From assembly GCA_020891255.1 (NCBI GenBank), contig BQFW01000007.1, positions 1,364,001 to 1,428,000 of the forward strand: a DNA stretch of 64,000 bases, given 5' to 3'. Position numbers and translations under genes: made by a program. The notes under the pieces are model-generated. The model saw only the letters and a list, made by a program, of their open reading frames with translations. It did not search any database and was not told the DNA's origin. Below, piece by piece: positions 33,276 through 45,067 of the stretch (position 1 is its first letter; every line of letters starts with the position of its first letter). The DNA is from Entomortierella parvispora E1425 (taxonomy: Eukaryota; Fungi; Mortierellomycota).

Positions 33276-34117
33276 GAGGTGAAGGTCAAGGAATGGGAGA
33301 ATGAAGGGGTCAAGAAGAAGGCGATAGTCAACGGACCGCAGGAATCAGGACAACGACCGATTGCCCAACAGCACCTCAAGTTCAAGGAGCTACAGCCAAT
33401 GTACCTCGCCGTCAAGTTATCAGAGCCGCAAGGAAAGGTCAACATCATTTACGACAACACGACCACGATAGCCCGCGTCTCAGAAGTTCGGAGGAACTCG
33501 GTCCCCACAGTTGATGATAATGCCAGACAAGATATGGCAACGTGGTCAAGCGACAGGAACCCGTTTAAAAACCTTCCCGTCAGCGGTCAACCCAGCGGAC
33601 AGCTCATCGCGACGGATGGCACAATAATAAGTGGAATGGAGATCAGATCGCTCCTTTCCCCAGTATCTAGACTCAATCCGCACCATCTCAATCTATTTGA
33701 ATCGACGAAGAACAACCAACTCCAACGTTCTTCTCGTGTAAACTACACTCGAAAGCATCAGTGACAGACGCCATGAACCAACCGTGGAAAGGATGGGGTC
33801 GACCACCTTTACATCTGCCCTCCACCGCAAGGAATCTCATCAGTCACATCCTGGCACCTCAGAAAGGAGAAACTGGAGGCCACTGCAAGATATGTTTCTT
33901 CCTAGTCGTCCTCCTCCGAAGAATCCCACTCGTACAGACAGGAAAAAAATAAAATATTTTTTTTAGAACAAAAAAAAAAACAATGAGTTGCCATCGATCT
34001 TGCTCATGTTCATGAGAGACGCAAGCCCACAGTTCGCACTGAAATTTCTTCCCAGCGTGTGCTCAAGATCGTCGTGTTTTTAATCATTCCAGTCGTTTCG
34101 TTTCTCATGCGATTTAT

Positions 34118-34545
34118 TCATGTAATTGAGATAAATATGTGTCGCAGTCGGAAGAGATACCTCTGTTTCTTCATGAGTCCAAAGGCCAAAGCAATAACAA
34201 CACCGACACCGAGTCCAACGGCTCCTGAGACACAGGGTCGTGGCCTGCCGTCGTTTTCGCCGCTTTCTTGGAGTTTGTAGTGGTCACCGAGAGGCGAATC
34301 AAAGGCCATTGGTTCCCGTAGGCCATTTGGACAGCCTCGACAACATCCGTGTTAGTCAAGAGCAAAACCTGGTCGTTTTCTTCGTCACAATAAGTCAAGA
34401 CCACATTCGAGCCAGTTTCGAGTCCAGCGCCCATCTTTTCTACAATCTTGTCGTGCAACTCAGTAAACGACCGTGTGCTCGAACCAAATCGATGGACCTG
34501 TCCACTGGGCTCCTTGAACTTGAACGTCCGGATCTGACGAGGATG
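34118..34545 (-). pseudogene. Decayed PB1 domain and C-terminal TM tail of a Mug70/CBSCBSPB-type gene
   Basis: TFKFKEPSGQVHRF...FTELHDKIVEKMG...LTYCDEENDQVLLLTNTDVVEAVQMA (PB1 with OPCA acidic motif); the TM tail GAVGLGVGVVIALAFGLMKK is in a different frame; no intact 5' part. Confidence 0.75.
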
Positions 34546-34805
34546 CAGAGTGGGTCAATGGACAGATCTTGAGAGTCAGTGGAGGCGCTGCTGTTTGACT
34601 TGATCCACCAAATGGCCATCATAAAGGTGCAGCGATTCAAGGCGCACTTGTCGCCGAAAGATAAAAAATCATAAATGGTGGCGTCTGTCCAACCTATGCA
34701 GGGCTGAAAAGCAAGTTTTTTTCATGATGATTTCTGTTTTTATTGACACTTTGTCGAGCGTGGGAGGACAAAGAGCTGCTCAGTCGCTCTGTTTCCTTTT
34801 TTTTT

Positions 34806-35600
34806 TTACAACTTGGACTTGAAGAATCCAATCTTCTCCTGGGTATCCTTCATCATGTTCTCCAACTTGAGGGCCAACATGATGGCGCCCTTGACCTTGA
34901 TCCTTCCAGTCATGAAGGCCTTCTGGCCGTTGATCTTGTTCAAGAACAGATCCACAAAGTCTTTGTCCTTCATCTCCAAGGTGATATCGGGCTTTAAGCC
35001 ATCGATCTTGCCCTTCTTCATCTGACCAATGCCGTTCTTCATGTCCATCATCCACACTGCAGTATCGCCCTTGCCGTTCTTGACGTTGAACAAGAAGACA
35101 CCCTTGACCTTTGCCACCTCGGCCTTGCGCTCCTCATCCGTCAAGACCTGCAAATACTCGGCAATCTGGAGAATCAAGAACGAGGACTCGAAACCGTCAT
35201 AGCCCAAATCGCCCTCGGCTCCCTTGGGGGGTCCCATGCCCAAGGAACGGAAGATCACATCGAGCTTCATGGCCATCATCATAGGGCCCTTGAGTCCGAT
35301 CCTATCCGTGATGAAGGCGCGTGCTCCAGAAAGGTCTCCGACGGCAAGGGCGACCATGTCTTCGTCCACGAGGTAAAGAGTGATCTCGGGTGTCTGAGGG
35401 GCAGGGCCAGCTCTGATCACACCCTGGGTCTTGACCTCGGCGTGCCAGATCTTGACTTCGGCGCCGGGAGAGTTGTCCTTCTTGATGTGGAACTCGAAAA
35501 TGCCGTTGACCTGCTTGACCAGCTCCTGACGCTCTGAAGGCTCAAAGGCGTCCAAGGCCTCATTAAGACGAGCAAAGATTTCCTCCGATTGGAAAGTCAT
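34806..35600 (-). CDS. Peroxisomal sterol/lipid carrier protein with two tandem SCP2 domains, intronless
   Basis: Two repeats (VNGIFEFHIK...TPEITL...AFITDRIGLKGPMMMAMKL; VKGVFLFNVK...KPDITL...KAFMTGRIKVKGAIMLALKL); ends in -SKL (PTS1). Confidence 0.92.
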   Translation of the reverse strand: MTFQSEEIFARLNEALDAFEPSERQELVKQVNGIFEFHIKKDNSPGAEVKIWHAEVKTQGVIRAGPAPQTPEITLYLVDEDMVALAVGDLSGARAFITDRIGLKGPMMMAMKLDVIFRSLGMGPPKGAEGDLGYDGFESSFLILQIAEYLQVLTDEERKAEVAKVKGVFLFNVKNGKGDTAVWMMDMKNGIGQMKKGKIDGLKPDITLEMKDKDFVDLFLNKINGQKAFMTGRIKVKGAIMLALKLENMMKDTQEKIGFFKSKL

Positions 35601-37624
35601 TGTATATATGTGAGAAGTTTGAAAGTTGTTGGTTGACGGGTATATAGGTGTGTTTGCTGAAAGGTACGTCGCTGGGGTTATAAGACGAGAGACCGAGTCG
35701 AGAGAGAGAGTGAGTGAGTGCGGGCGAAGTGATGAGAAAAGGGAATGAAGAAAAAAAGAAAAGAGGAATGAGAGGGCGATGGTAGGGGCTTAAATAGTGG
35801 GTCAACGAACTAACGTCTGACCAAAAAAAAAAAGGTGTGAGCACGAGCAACGGATTGTAGAAGGTCAAGGAAAAAAAGAGTTAAGAGGGGAGCCGGTGCG
35901 GATCTTGTGGGGTGAGCAAGAGAAGCGAACTGGACGGGATGAGAGCCAAGAAACAGAGGATTTGAACTTCAACCCTTCGTGGGTGTGTTGGGGGAATTGA
36001 GACGAGGCGAGACGAGAGACAGACTTGGCTGGAGCACTCAATTGCACTCTATCCCCCCATTTACCTCTTTCCACACTTCTCCACTCCACTCGACCCTTTC
36101 GCTCTCGTTTACTCCTTCTTTCCCTCCTTCTCTTCCATCTTCATTCTCTCCACTAATGTACATACGTTTTGCACAGGAAGTCAAGAACAAAGATCAAGCA
36201 AAGTCACCACGTAAAGTGAATGCAGCCAAAGTGAAAAAATCCAAAGGTGTGAGCACAAACTGCAAAGTTGGCTCTGCGACCCCATTGGCCCAACGGCGGC
36301 CGACTTTCACTTCCTTCTCCACTTCCCACTGCGTGGAGGGGTGTGTGCGAAGCGAAAAAGAAGGACGACATGAACATGTTTGTCGGTGCTCTTTTTTTTC
36401 TCCCAGACCCTGTTTGCCTGTGTTTGTTGTCGCTGTTGGACCTTGACCACTCTGTCATCTCGCATTGGCTTCCATGTGAAAGAGTTGCCGTCCTCCTCTT
36501 TCTACGCTCACGTACCGTCTGGCAACTGGGTTCCACGAAGACGTTTGTGTCCCCACACATGCATGAGACGAGGTGCTGTTGCCGGCCTGGGGTCTTGGCG
36601 CGCGCCCTCTCTTCCGACCAAAACGGCATCACTGTCACACGGAGGTGGTCCTTGTTCTCGTGTGAGGGAGGCTATGCTGTTTCTCGTGCTTGTCGATCAA
36701 GAACCAGCAGTCGCCTGAACCGAGAGTTGCGTGTGCTCATATCGCACCCGCTCCATTCCTTTTCTTCACAGCTTATTGGCTTTCTGACCATCATAATGGT
36801 TTTCTTGATCGGTCGTTCTGCTTTCTCGTTTCAATTTACCTGCTTCTTGTTTGATTAACCCCCAAAAAAAACCGTGGGGATCGGCTGAAGACTCTCATGA
36901 TTCTTGGTGCCAAAACTCAGGGCAAGAAAGCTTGGGGCTCGGAAATTGAATCCTCCCTCTCACTCCTGCCTGCCCACTCCCCCCTCTTTTTCATTGAATA
37001 TTCAGCATGCTCTTGACACTCTCACGAGAAGAAAGATGAGTATCTACTCTGCCCATGAAGGAGATTTGTAGATGTCGATCTACAGTTGTATTCTCTCTTT
37101 TCAATCTCCCTGTATCCTTCTAGACTTTGCGCCTAGACTCTCAGCTACAAGATCAGCGGTAGGCACCAAGACTAACGTCAAAGAGTTTCGAACAACAATG
37201 GTCATTAAAGACAAAGACCACAGGATCGGACTGTGAACGCGAATCAGGCGCCTGGGCGCCACCAATCGCGCCGCAGCCCGGAAACAATGTGGGTCTAGCC
37301 GCATTCCCTTGAGCCTGCCCATGCCATTACAACGCGGACAGCGATGGCCCTTTATTTTCTCTACTTTCCCGCCAGCCACCAACCACAGTTCTTTCTTTAC
37401 CCACTCAACCTCCAAGGAGGACAGCTGGCCACCCAAGGCAAAGAAAAAGGAAAAAAAAAAGAGAGTCGCGTCCTATTGGCTCAAAGGCTCTTTCTTGTTC
37501 CCTGTTGGCAGTCTGTCGGCTGTCCTCCCAAGTGGAGTCGTTCCCTTTTCTGCCTTTCTGCACTGACGCTCTCGAATTCATTGTTCACATCACTCTTCAT
37601 TTCATCGCTTCTGTCCCTCCTACA

Positions 37625-38155
37625 ATGTCCGGGAGCGACACCGCTCTGTTTGGGACCATCTGCGCAGACTTTGAAGACATTCTCCCAACCGATCTCCATG
37701 ACGCCATCTCCAGGGCTCTCGGGGCCCAATACCTCCAAGAGACGAATGATCCCAACCATCAGAAAAGGGTCCGAGGTATAGCATGGGGAGCCAACCTCCG
37801 GCCAATCATTTCGCTCCATGTTCAAATCACCGAATCTATTCTCACCCTCTCGGGTACCAAACGTCCTGTTCACGTCCATTTTCTGTACTTGGCTCCCTCC
37901 CCTCAAACCTTTCTCTCTGACGAGACGTTGAGAGTTCTGGGGATCGAAGACGCGGTCGTAGTCGGTGAAGCTCAAAATGAGGGAGCCGTGCGGCTGCCAG
38001 TCAGGATCAACGGATACACCATCCATGTTCAGAGGTCGCCCTTGGACGGTCACTTTGCACATCTCAACATCCTGGGTCAGGATTTCGTCCGTTTGACAGG
38101 TGCCAAGGTTTTCTTTGGTGGAGAGATCCCTCGGTTCGAAATCAGTTTTCCCTGA
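37625..38155 (+). CDS. Retropepsin/aspartyl-protease-fold protein lacking the catalytic D(T/S)G motif, intronless
   Basis: VHFLYLAPSPQTFLSDETLRVLG sits where FLVDTGS...TFLS is expected; downstream NILGQDFV matches the hydrophobic-hydrophobic-LG-x-DF motif of retropepsins; ATG 37625. Confidence 0.65.
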   Translation: MSGSDTALFGTICADFEDILPTDLHDAISRALGAQYLQETNDPNHQKRVRGIAWGANLRPIISLHVQITESILTLSGTKRPVHVHFLYLAPSPQTFLSDETLRVLGIEDAVVVGEAQNEGAVRLPVRINGYTIHVQRSPLDGHFAHLNILGQDFVRLTGAKVFFGGEIPRFEISFP

Positions 38156-38799
38156 AGACAGGCGATCGCTGCTAGAGCGCTGCTAGAGAAAAAGAAAAAC
38201 ACAACAAGCGTTCATTTCGATCGCCCAAACATATGCCCCATGTTCCGTCGATGCGCCTCAATCTGGGCTAATAAAATATGTCTTTAGCCGTTTTCGCTCC
38301 AAGGATGCTTTTTCGCATCGTAGACTTATAGGGGTCCAACTGTAGCGGAGTCAGGAAGGGTTTGATTCCAACTCGATTTGTGTCTGGGCTCAATCCTTCC
38401 TTCCAGATTGAGTTCAAGATCCAATACGTAAAAAATCAATCCGTTTTCCTCCCAGGGTCAGAGTCCAGTTTTACTGCTTTTCCATTCAGCTGAAAACCAC
38501 AGATCTCGATGCCTCTCCTGCCCATGTTTTCCTGGGTCGTTTGGTGACAAAGCTCAAAACGTAAAGAGAGTTCCGATGAGCCAAAAAAAAAAAAGCCTCT
38601 ATTGAAAGTGGAGTCTCAAAGTCACAGGGAAAAACAACCCACGTTCCGTTTATTGCATTTCAATGTTCAACGGTGTGCTGCGAGGCCTGCCGCTTTCCCA
38701 AAGTGTCAAACCAGGCATGAACAAGGTCTCGAAAAATCTCCAGTCTCCATCCTTCCTAGAAAATGAAAGAGACATATCCTATGATGCCAAGTTTAGTCC

Positions 38800-40336
38800 T
38801 TAGAGGTGCAAGTTGCCCATTCCACGGCTGAGTCCTGTGCCCCAAATGACGAGCTTGCCGTCAATGCCCGAGGTCGAAAACTGCTCGACGTGGTCGCGGG
38901 ATCCTGAGAAGGCGCGGATAGAGTTGATGGTGTTTTGGTGATGGGTATGAACTTCGGTGTCGTTGGTGGCGGTGGCCTGCGCACGACTGGCCATGCGACG
39001 GAAGGTGTCCCTGGCTGAGGTGCCAACGTCGGCCTTTTTGACAGCAGAGTCCAACGAAGCCGAGAACGACCTGTAATAAAAAGCAATAAAGAAAAATCAG
39101 TATTCACTCGTTGCAAAGCCTACAAAACACATGATTCCATGTCACCTCACCATTCGTTGCCCTTCTTCTCAAACAGATGGGGTGCGCAATCATGACCAGC
39201 AGCGACAATCTGGCTCTCATTCAGCCACAAGACCGAGACATAGGGGAGGTAGGGGGCGCGAATGGTCTGAACAGATCCTGAGGCTTGATCGACAACAGTG
39301 ATGGTGGAATCATGGCCAGTGAAGGCCAACGAGTTGCCATCGGGTGAGAAGGCGACACCATGAATCCAGCCTCCAGATCCGCTCGAGAACTCGCCGCAGA
39401 CAGTGTTGAAGGGCAGCTTCTCGCCCCAGGGTGTGGGAGCAGGCCTATGAATTGAAAACCATCGGGAACGTTTAGTAAACAGTCAAATAATCCCATCCTG
39501 AGTATTGAAACAACGCGCACCCACGACGTGGTGATAGAGTCTTACTTCTTGTCAATGCCCTTGATGAAGGCGGAAAAAACGCGTGCCTGAATCAAGAGAT
39601 GTGGATAATGGTTAGTCATATGACCTTGGCGCAAGTGGGCTGTTGAGGGGAACCAGCCAAAACAGGCTTCGGAGCGAGCATCGGTACCTTCATATCTGCG
39701 CATCCAGCGGCAAGAAGGACGTTGTTGGGGTGCCAATCCAGACTAAGAACCGTCGAGCGGATGGGCTTCTTAATGTGCTTGCCAACCCACCAGTCGTTGT
39801 CCTCTTCAAAATAGCAGACACTAATGCAGCGAGAGCCCGAGGCCACGGCAAACTTGTCCTCCTCAGGAGACCAACGAACAAAGGTGGCAGCACGATTGAT
39901 GCGCAACAGGACCAGTGTGGGCTTCCACTGCTTTTGGCCGTCCAGGGTCCAGACATAGGCGTTTCTGTCCTGGGAACAGGTCACGATCCTGTTGGACTTT
40001 GGGGCCCAGTCGATGGATGTCACGGGCTTGTCATGCTCGGCCAAAGTCGAGCTCAAGGTCCAAGAACCACCAGATTGGCGGAAAATGCTGACGACGTTGG
40101 AGTTGAAGCAGACAGCAAGCTCTGTAGTCGCAGGAAGCAAAGATGGGGGATGATTAGCGAGACTGCAACAGCCATGTGTCAACATTTATCAGACTCGATG
40201 GTCTCGAGAATATCAAGCAATGACAATTACAGGCATGCAAAGACGGGCATATAATATTACCGGAGCGATCCTGGTTGAAGGCATGGCATGAGATGGGACC
40301 GAGGCCAAATTCGTTGACGATGGGCTGGTTAGACAT
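38800..40336 (-). CDS. ARC40: Arp2/3 complex 41-kDa WD40 subunit (ARPC1/Arc40), multi-exon
   Basis: [96 protein letters not shown]. Confidence 0.97.
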
Positions 40337-40725
40337 TGCGTGAGTGGAGCGAGGGTGCGAGAAGAGAAGAGAGATGAGATTAAGGGTAGTCGGACGCTAG
40401 CAGTCTACGACGAGGGATCAGGGCAAGGAGGATGGAGGAATGGTGGGAGGAGCAGGGAGGGGCGGGGAGGGGAAGGAGAGGGTTGATGATGAAGAATAGA
40501 AAAAGAAAAAGAGCGAGGCATCCTTGACGCACTGCGTCTTTCTTGCGGGAGAGACAAACGACACAAGGAGCAGACTTCATTAAAGCAGACGAGGACGCGC
40601 GCTGCACGTGACGATGCGTTGCAACACTCAATCGTAGTCTTGTCCATTCATTCCTCCATCTTCCTTGTTCTTGCCCTTGCTCCCGTCTCCTAGTGTCACT
40701 CCCTGCAATCCTTGATCCTGTCGCA

Positions 40726-42537
40726 ATGTCTGCCGCCACTGCTTCCAGCTGGAGGTCCACATTCACAAGTGTGCCTCCACTGACAAAGAGCATCGTCACC
40801 GCCATGACAATCATGACCTCGCTCGACCTCCTCCTCCGATTCAGAGACCTGGCCCTCTCCAGCGCGGACGATGGCACTGGCAATCCTGACTCGGAACTGT
40901 CCCTTATTCCACTTTTGGCCATGGTCCCAGTCTCGTAAGACTCGTTCTATTCTTTTGTCCGCGGTGGGTGCCCAGACTCCTGACTCTGTCCAACTTCCTA
41001 ACTTGTTCATCCTCTGTCAACGTTTCAAATTCTCTTTGGGGGGGAGGATCAACGGTAGTTCTCCTTATTTCTTCTGGACATTTGCAACTGCTTCTTTCTT
41101 TGAAAGGAGTCTTCTTCAGGCAAGGAACTACAACGTTTTGGCTGCAACGATGCGCCATCTTTTTGTTCATGCCTCGTAGGCTTGAGCTCTAACGAAATGT
41201 CTTTTTTTTTCTCAAAAAATAGTTCCTTTTCAATGGAGCCATCATGCTTGGATGCGGCAAATATCTGGAACGCGCTTGGGGATCACGCGAGTTCTTCAAG
41301 TTTCTGGCGATCACCAGTGTCGGGACCATGATCGCCATTTACGCCACCTGTCTGTTCGAGTTTGTTGTCCGGGGTAGAGAAGACCTTTTGTAAGTTTGAT
41401 CTCTCGACGACAAGCGTGTTGAAGTTGATTTTTTTTCTGAAAAGAATCCTAATGATATTTCTTCCTCTTCAACGTAGGTATTCTACACGGGCGTATGGAT
41501 TGACTGCAGTACAGGCTGGATTTCTCATTGGATTTAAACAGCTGGTGCCTGAACATTTGGTGACACTCTATGGTATCATTTCCGTCCGCGTCAAGGTAAT
41601 GGTTTCTTTATGAAAATCTCATGACAAAACCCGAATCGTGAAATTATTCGGAAATAGTTCCATTCATTGAGGATCCCACTGATTTTTTTTCTTTTACTTG
41701 TTATTTTCTAGACCCTTCCTATGATCTTTGCATTGTTCATGCTCTTTCAATCTTTGGTCTTCCAAAGCCAGGTCCAGTTGTTGATGGGGATCTATGGTCT
41801 GTTCATCTCTTGGATCTATGCTCGATTTTTCAAAACTCAGGATGGCGTCAAAGGCGACAGGAGCGAGACATTTTCATTCGCATCTTTCTTCCCTGAACCT
41901 GTACAGTAAGTATCTGGCAAAGACGACGGCCAACCTTGACGGTATGATCTGGTATTATCAACATATTAACGCTTTTACTTTGCAATAGACCTCTGGTCAA
42001 ATCAATCTCAAACATTGTGTTTGGACTCTTTGTGAGTCTTCACATTTGCTCGCCTGTAGGATATACAACTGGAGGTCATCATCAAATCTTGGAAGATAGA
42101 CTTCCTGGAGGCATGGAGCTTCCAACAACACAGCCAGCCAACCTTAGAGCAGAGGCCGAGCGGAGAAGGTAAATCTTGAAAGGATACATTCACGGACCCA
42201 AACTGAGTAAGGTTGTTTGGTACTGGCTCTAAATCAATGATTCTCTTTATGACTGCCCTCCATCACAAATAGAGCTTTGGCTTTGAAGGCTCTGGACATG
42301 CGTTTGCATGCAGCAGCAGGAAATAGCGCAAGTCTTCCAGGATTGAGTCAAAAGACATTTCTGGGACCCACTGCTTCTTCTGCAGGTACTCCTCCACCGA
42401 TGGCGCCCTCTTCATCCAACACGGCGGCCGCAGCATCATCATCATCAACAGCAGCTTCTGCACCACCAGTATACGAAGACAAGGACGTTTTGTTCGAGAC
42501 AACAGCCATGGACGAAAACGGCTCGTCAAATCAATAG
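40726..42537 (+). CDS. TMEM115: TMEM115/DUF1751 rhomboid-like Golgi membrane pseudoprotease, multi-exon
   Basis: VPPLTK, PYFFWTFATASF, GKYLERAWGSREFFKFL, GFLIGFKQLVPEH, SWIYARFF, GDRSETFSFASFFPEPVQ. Confidence 0.85.
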
Positions 42538-42680
42538 CCTTTTCCACCTTCACAAAGAATGAATTATCTTCCAACAAAAAAACATAAAAAAAAGTTGTTA
42601 TTTACAGAATTTTTTTTCCCAACGAAACTACCATGGCGGCGATGTTTTTTTTTTTTAAATCCCTCCCCCTCTTTGGTTAT

Positions 42681-44669
42681 TCACTGGTCGAGTCCCAGCC
42701 TGACGACCATGACGCTGATATTATCCGTACTAAACTTTTGAAGGGCATGGTCTAACAAGAGCCGGCTGGCCTTGGTAGGATCTGCCACCTCTTGAATCAA
42801 CTCCACCGCCTCCTGATCACTGCATACATCCCAAAGCTATCGATCGAGAAAAAGAAATGAGAGTTTGTCAGCCATCTTGCTTTCTTCCCATGGTGCTCAA
42901 AGTCCAAGTCTTGAATTATAAAAAAAAAAGAAAAAAAAATTACCCCATCGCATGCCAGAATTAGATATGGGCAGTCGGCTCCAAGCTCGGTTCTTGTCGT
43001 GTAGGGAGATCCGATAACAAACTCTTTCATCGAACTGTCTCCTAAAGCTCTTGTAACCGAGAGAACGCCTAGAACAGTTTGAAGAAACGGTTAGGAGTTC
43101 CCAAAAAAAGGGGCGGCAGAAAAAAAGAAAGGATGACATAAAAAAGGAGAAGAAGTGAAAGAGAAAAAAAAGTCAGTCGTTGCTAAGCTTACTATTACAG
43201 TTAGAGGAAGACTGGGGTTTTTTTCTGAACAGCACCCCTTCCTTCCAGCATGCATCACCAATCAAATAATAAAGAACGATAAACAACAACAACACGACCA
43301 CTTTACCGTTGACGCGGTTATTCATCACAAAACCACCAACGTCCAAGATCCGCTGAGCCTCTGTATGGTCGCTGCCCTTGTGGTCGTACGACAATCGAAT
43401 TGCCTTATTTCCATGGCACAAGACTGCTCGTGCATCGCCCACATTTCCCGTGTACAAGACGCGCTTTTTTTTTTACAAGACGTCAATCAGCAGAAAAGGG
43501 TTAATACAAAACATGCAAATATACAGACGCGCACCAACACCTCCTCTGGAGATGTGCGGTCAAAAAAAGAGCCATGGCAGATTGAGAGAGCGAGTGAAAG
43601 TGTACCTTGTCTCCTTCCTTTCGAATGTAGGCCACAATGGCCGTGCATCCACTCGACCGCCCTTGCTTTAGTGCTTCAGCCAACTGCTGATCCGCTTCCA
43701 AAAATGCCTCGTTGACAATATCCTGAAAGTCTGTCTCTGGCAAATCCCCCTTCTCCTCGAGGATGCTACCAAGAACCTATAGAATGAATTGTACGTCATC
43801 ATGCGCATCATTCATTCAGAGAAGGAGATGGAGAAATAAAAAAAGAGTGTTGCGTGAGCGATCAGAAAAAGAGAATAGAAAAAAAAAGCAAAAAAAAAAG
43901 TCGTGAGAACAGAGAGGGACCCCTGCTTCGCACATCGGTTGCCCGGCGCTAATTTTAGCCCTGTCTGTTCATCTCCCCCACACTCCCTCGAATGAACGAT
44001 GCCGACCTCGCCCCGAAAAAAGGACCTTTTCGAAAATAAAATACCTCGTGGAAGTGCTGCCCACACCAGTCCGCGGCGGCTTTGCCTGCATGACCATCAA
44101 AGATGGCAAAGAATCCGTGTCCAGTGATGCCCTCGTAGTTGTAAATGAACGCGTGCGTGTCCTAGAAAAGAAAGACAAAAAATATGATGTGAGTTTCGAT
44201 TTGCACCCTTTACCCTTGCACAAGCACAAACGAGCCAAAGCAACCTTTTCTCCTGCAAAAGGGAAGGGGAAGTAAGGAAGGGGAAGGGGTTGTGCACACG
44301 TACCTCCATTGAACGCCTGCAGCGCTTGTTCCTGTCTTCAGACACACCCACGGAAAACTCGAACTCTTCCAGGTCTTTGATAATGGCCTTCAGGGACTCA
44401 ATCTCTTCTGCATTTGCTCCATTCTCGTCTGCGGCGTCAACTGCTGTTGATGCCGCTGTTGTTACCGCTTCAGAGGTGTCGTGGTGGTGATGGTGGAGGT
44501 GATGCGAATGAGCAGCAGAGGGTTGCGCCGTGTCATTGTTGTGTTGGTGATTGTGGTGATGCTGGTGGCTGTGTGCATGCTCCCCCTGCTGCTGCAGTCC
44601 TTGCTGTTGCTGCTGCACATGCAGTGGGTCATGGGCGGGTGGTGTCTCGCTGCTAGTACGACGGGTCAT
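42681..44669 (-). CDS. PTC1: Protein phosphatase 2C, Ptc1-type, multi-exon, with His/Gln-rich N-terminal extension
   Basis: RRSME|[41 protein letters not shown]-region, LILACDG|[14 protein letters not shown]. Confidence 0.93.
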
Positions 44670-45067
44670 ATCTTTCCTCTATTGGCTAGGGCTGGAGGGG
44701 AGAGGCGGTTGCTGGTGATACGTGGGGTGTGGTCTGTAGGTCAGGTCAAGTGGGTATGAGAAGAGTAAGATGTGCAGGCGATAGAGAAGGAAAGAAAGGT
44801 GTGAAAGAGAGTTCAATGAACAAGCGGATGCAGAAAAAGAGGGATTTGAAGGAGGATGGATGAACGGGGATGCAAAAGCCAGAACAAAGAGACGAAACGC
44901 TTGCCTAAAATCATCAGACTAAAAAAGATGCGATTACCCTTAAGAATGCCTTTGATCATCACGTAGTGGGGATATTATTTATTACGGCTAATAATATTAT
45001 TATTCTAACTAAAATTATTTGGGTATAGAGTGTGGCGACCCGATTGAAGGATCGATCAGGGCAGAAT

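Noticed and set aside
33279-33966. Possible transposase remnant (GRPP-like motif)
   Set aside because: No DDE/D triad, HTH, RT or TIR recognisable; kept only as an unexplained ORF
38330-38420. tRNA-like element (GGTTTGATTCC resembles a T-loop)
   Set aside because: No acceptor, D or anticodon stems could be folded around it
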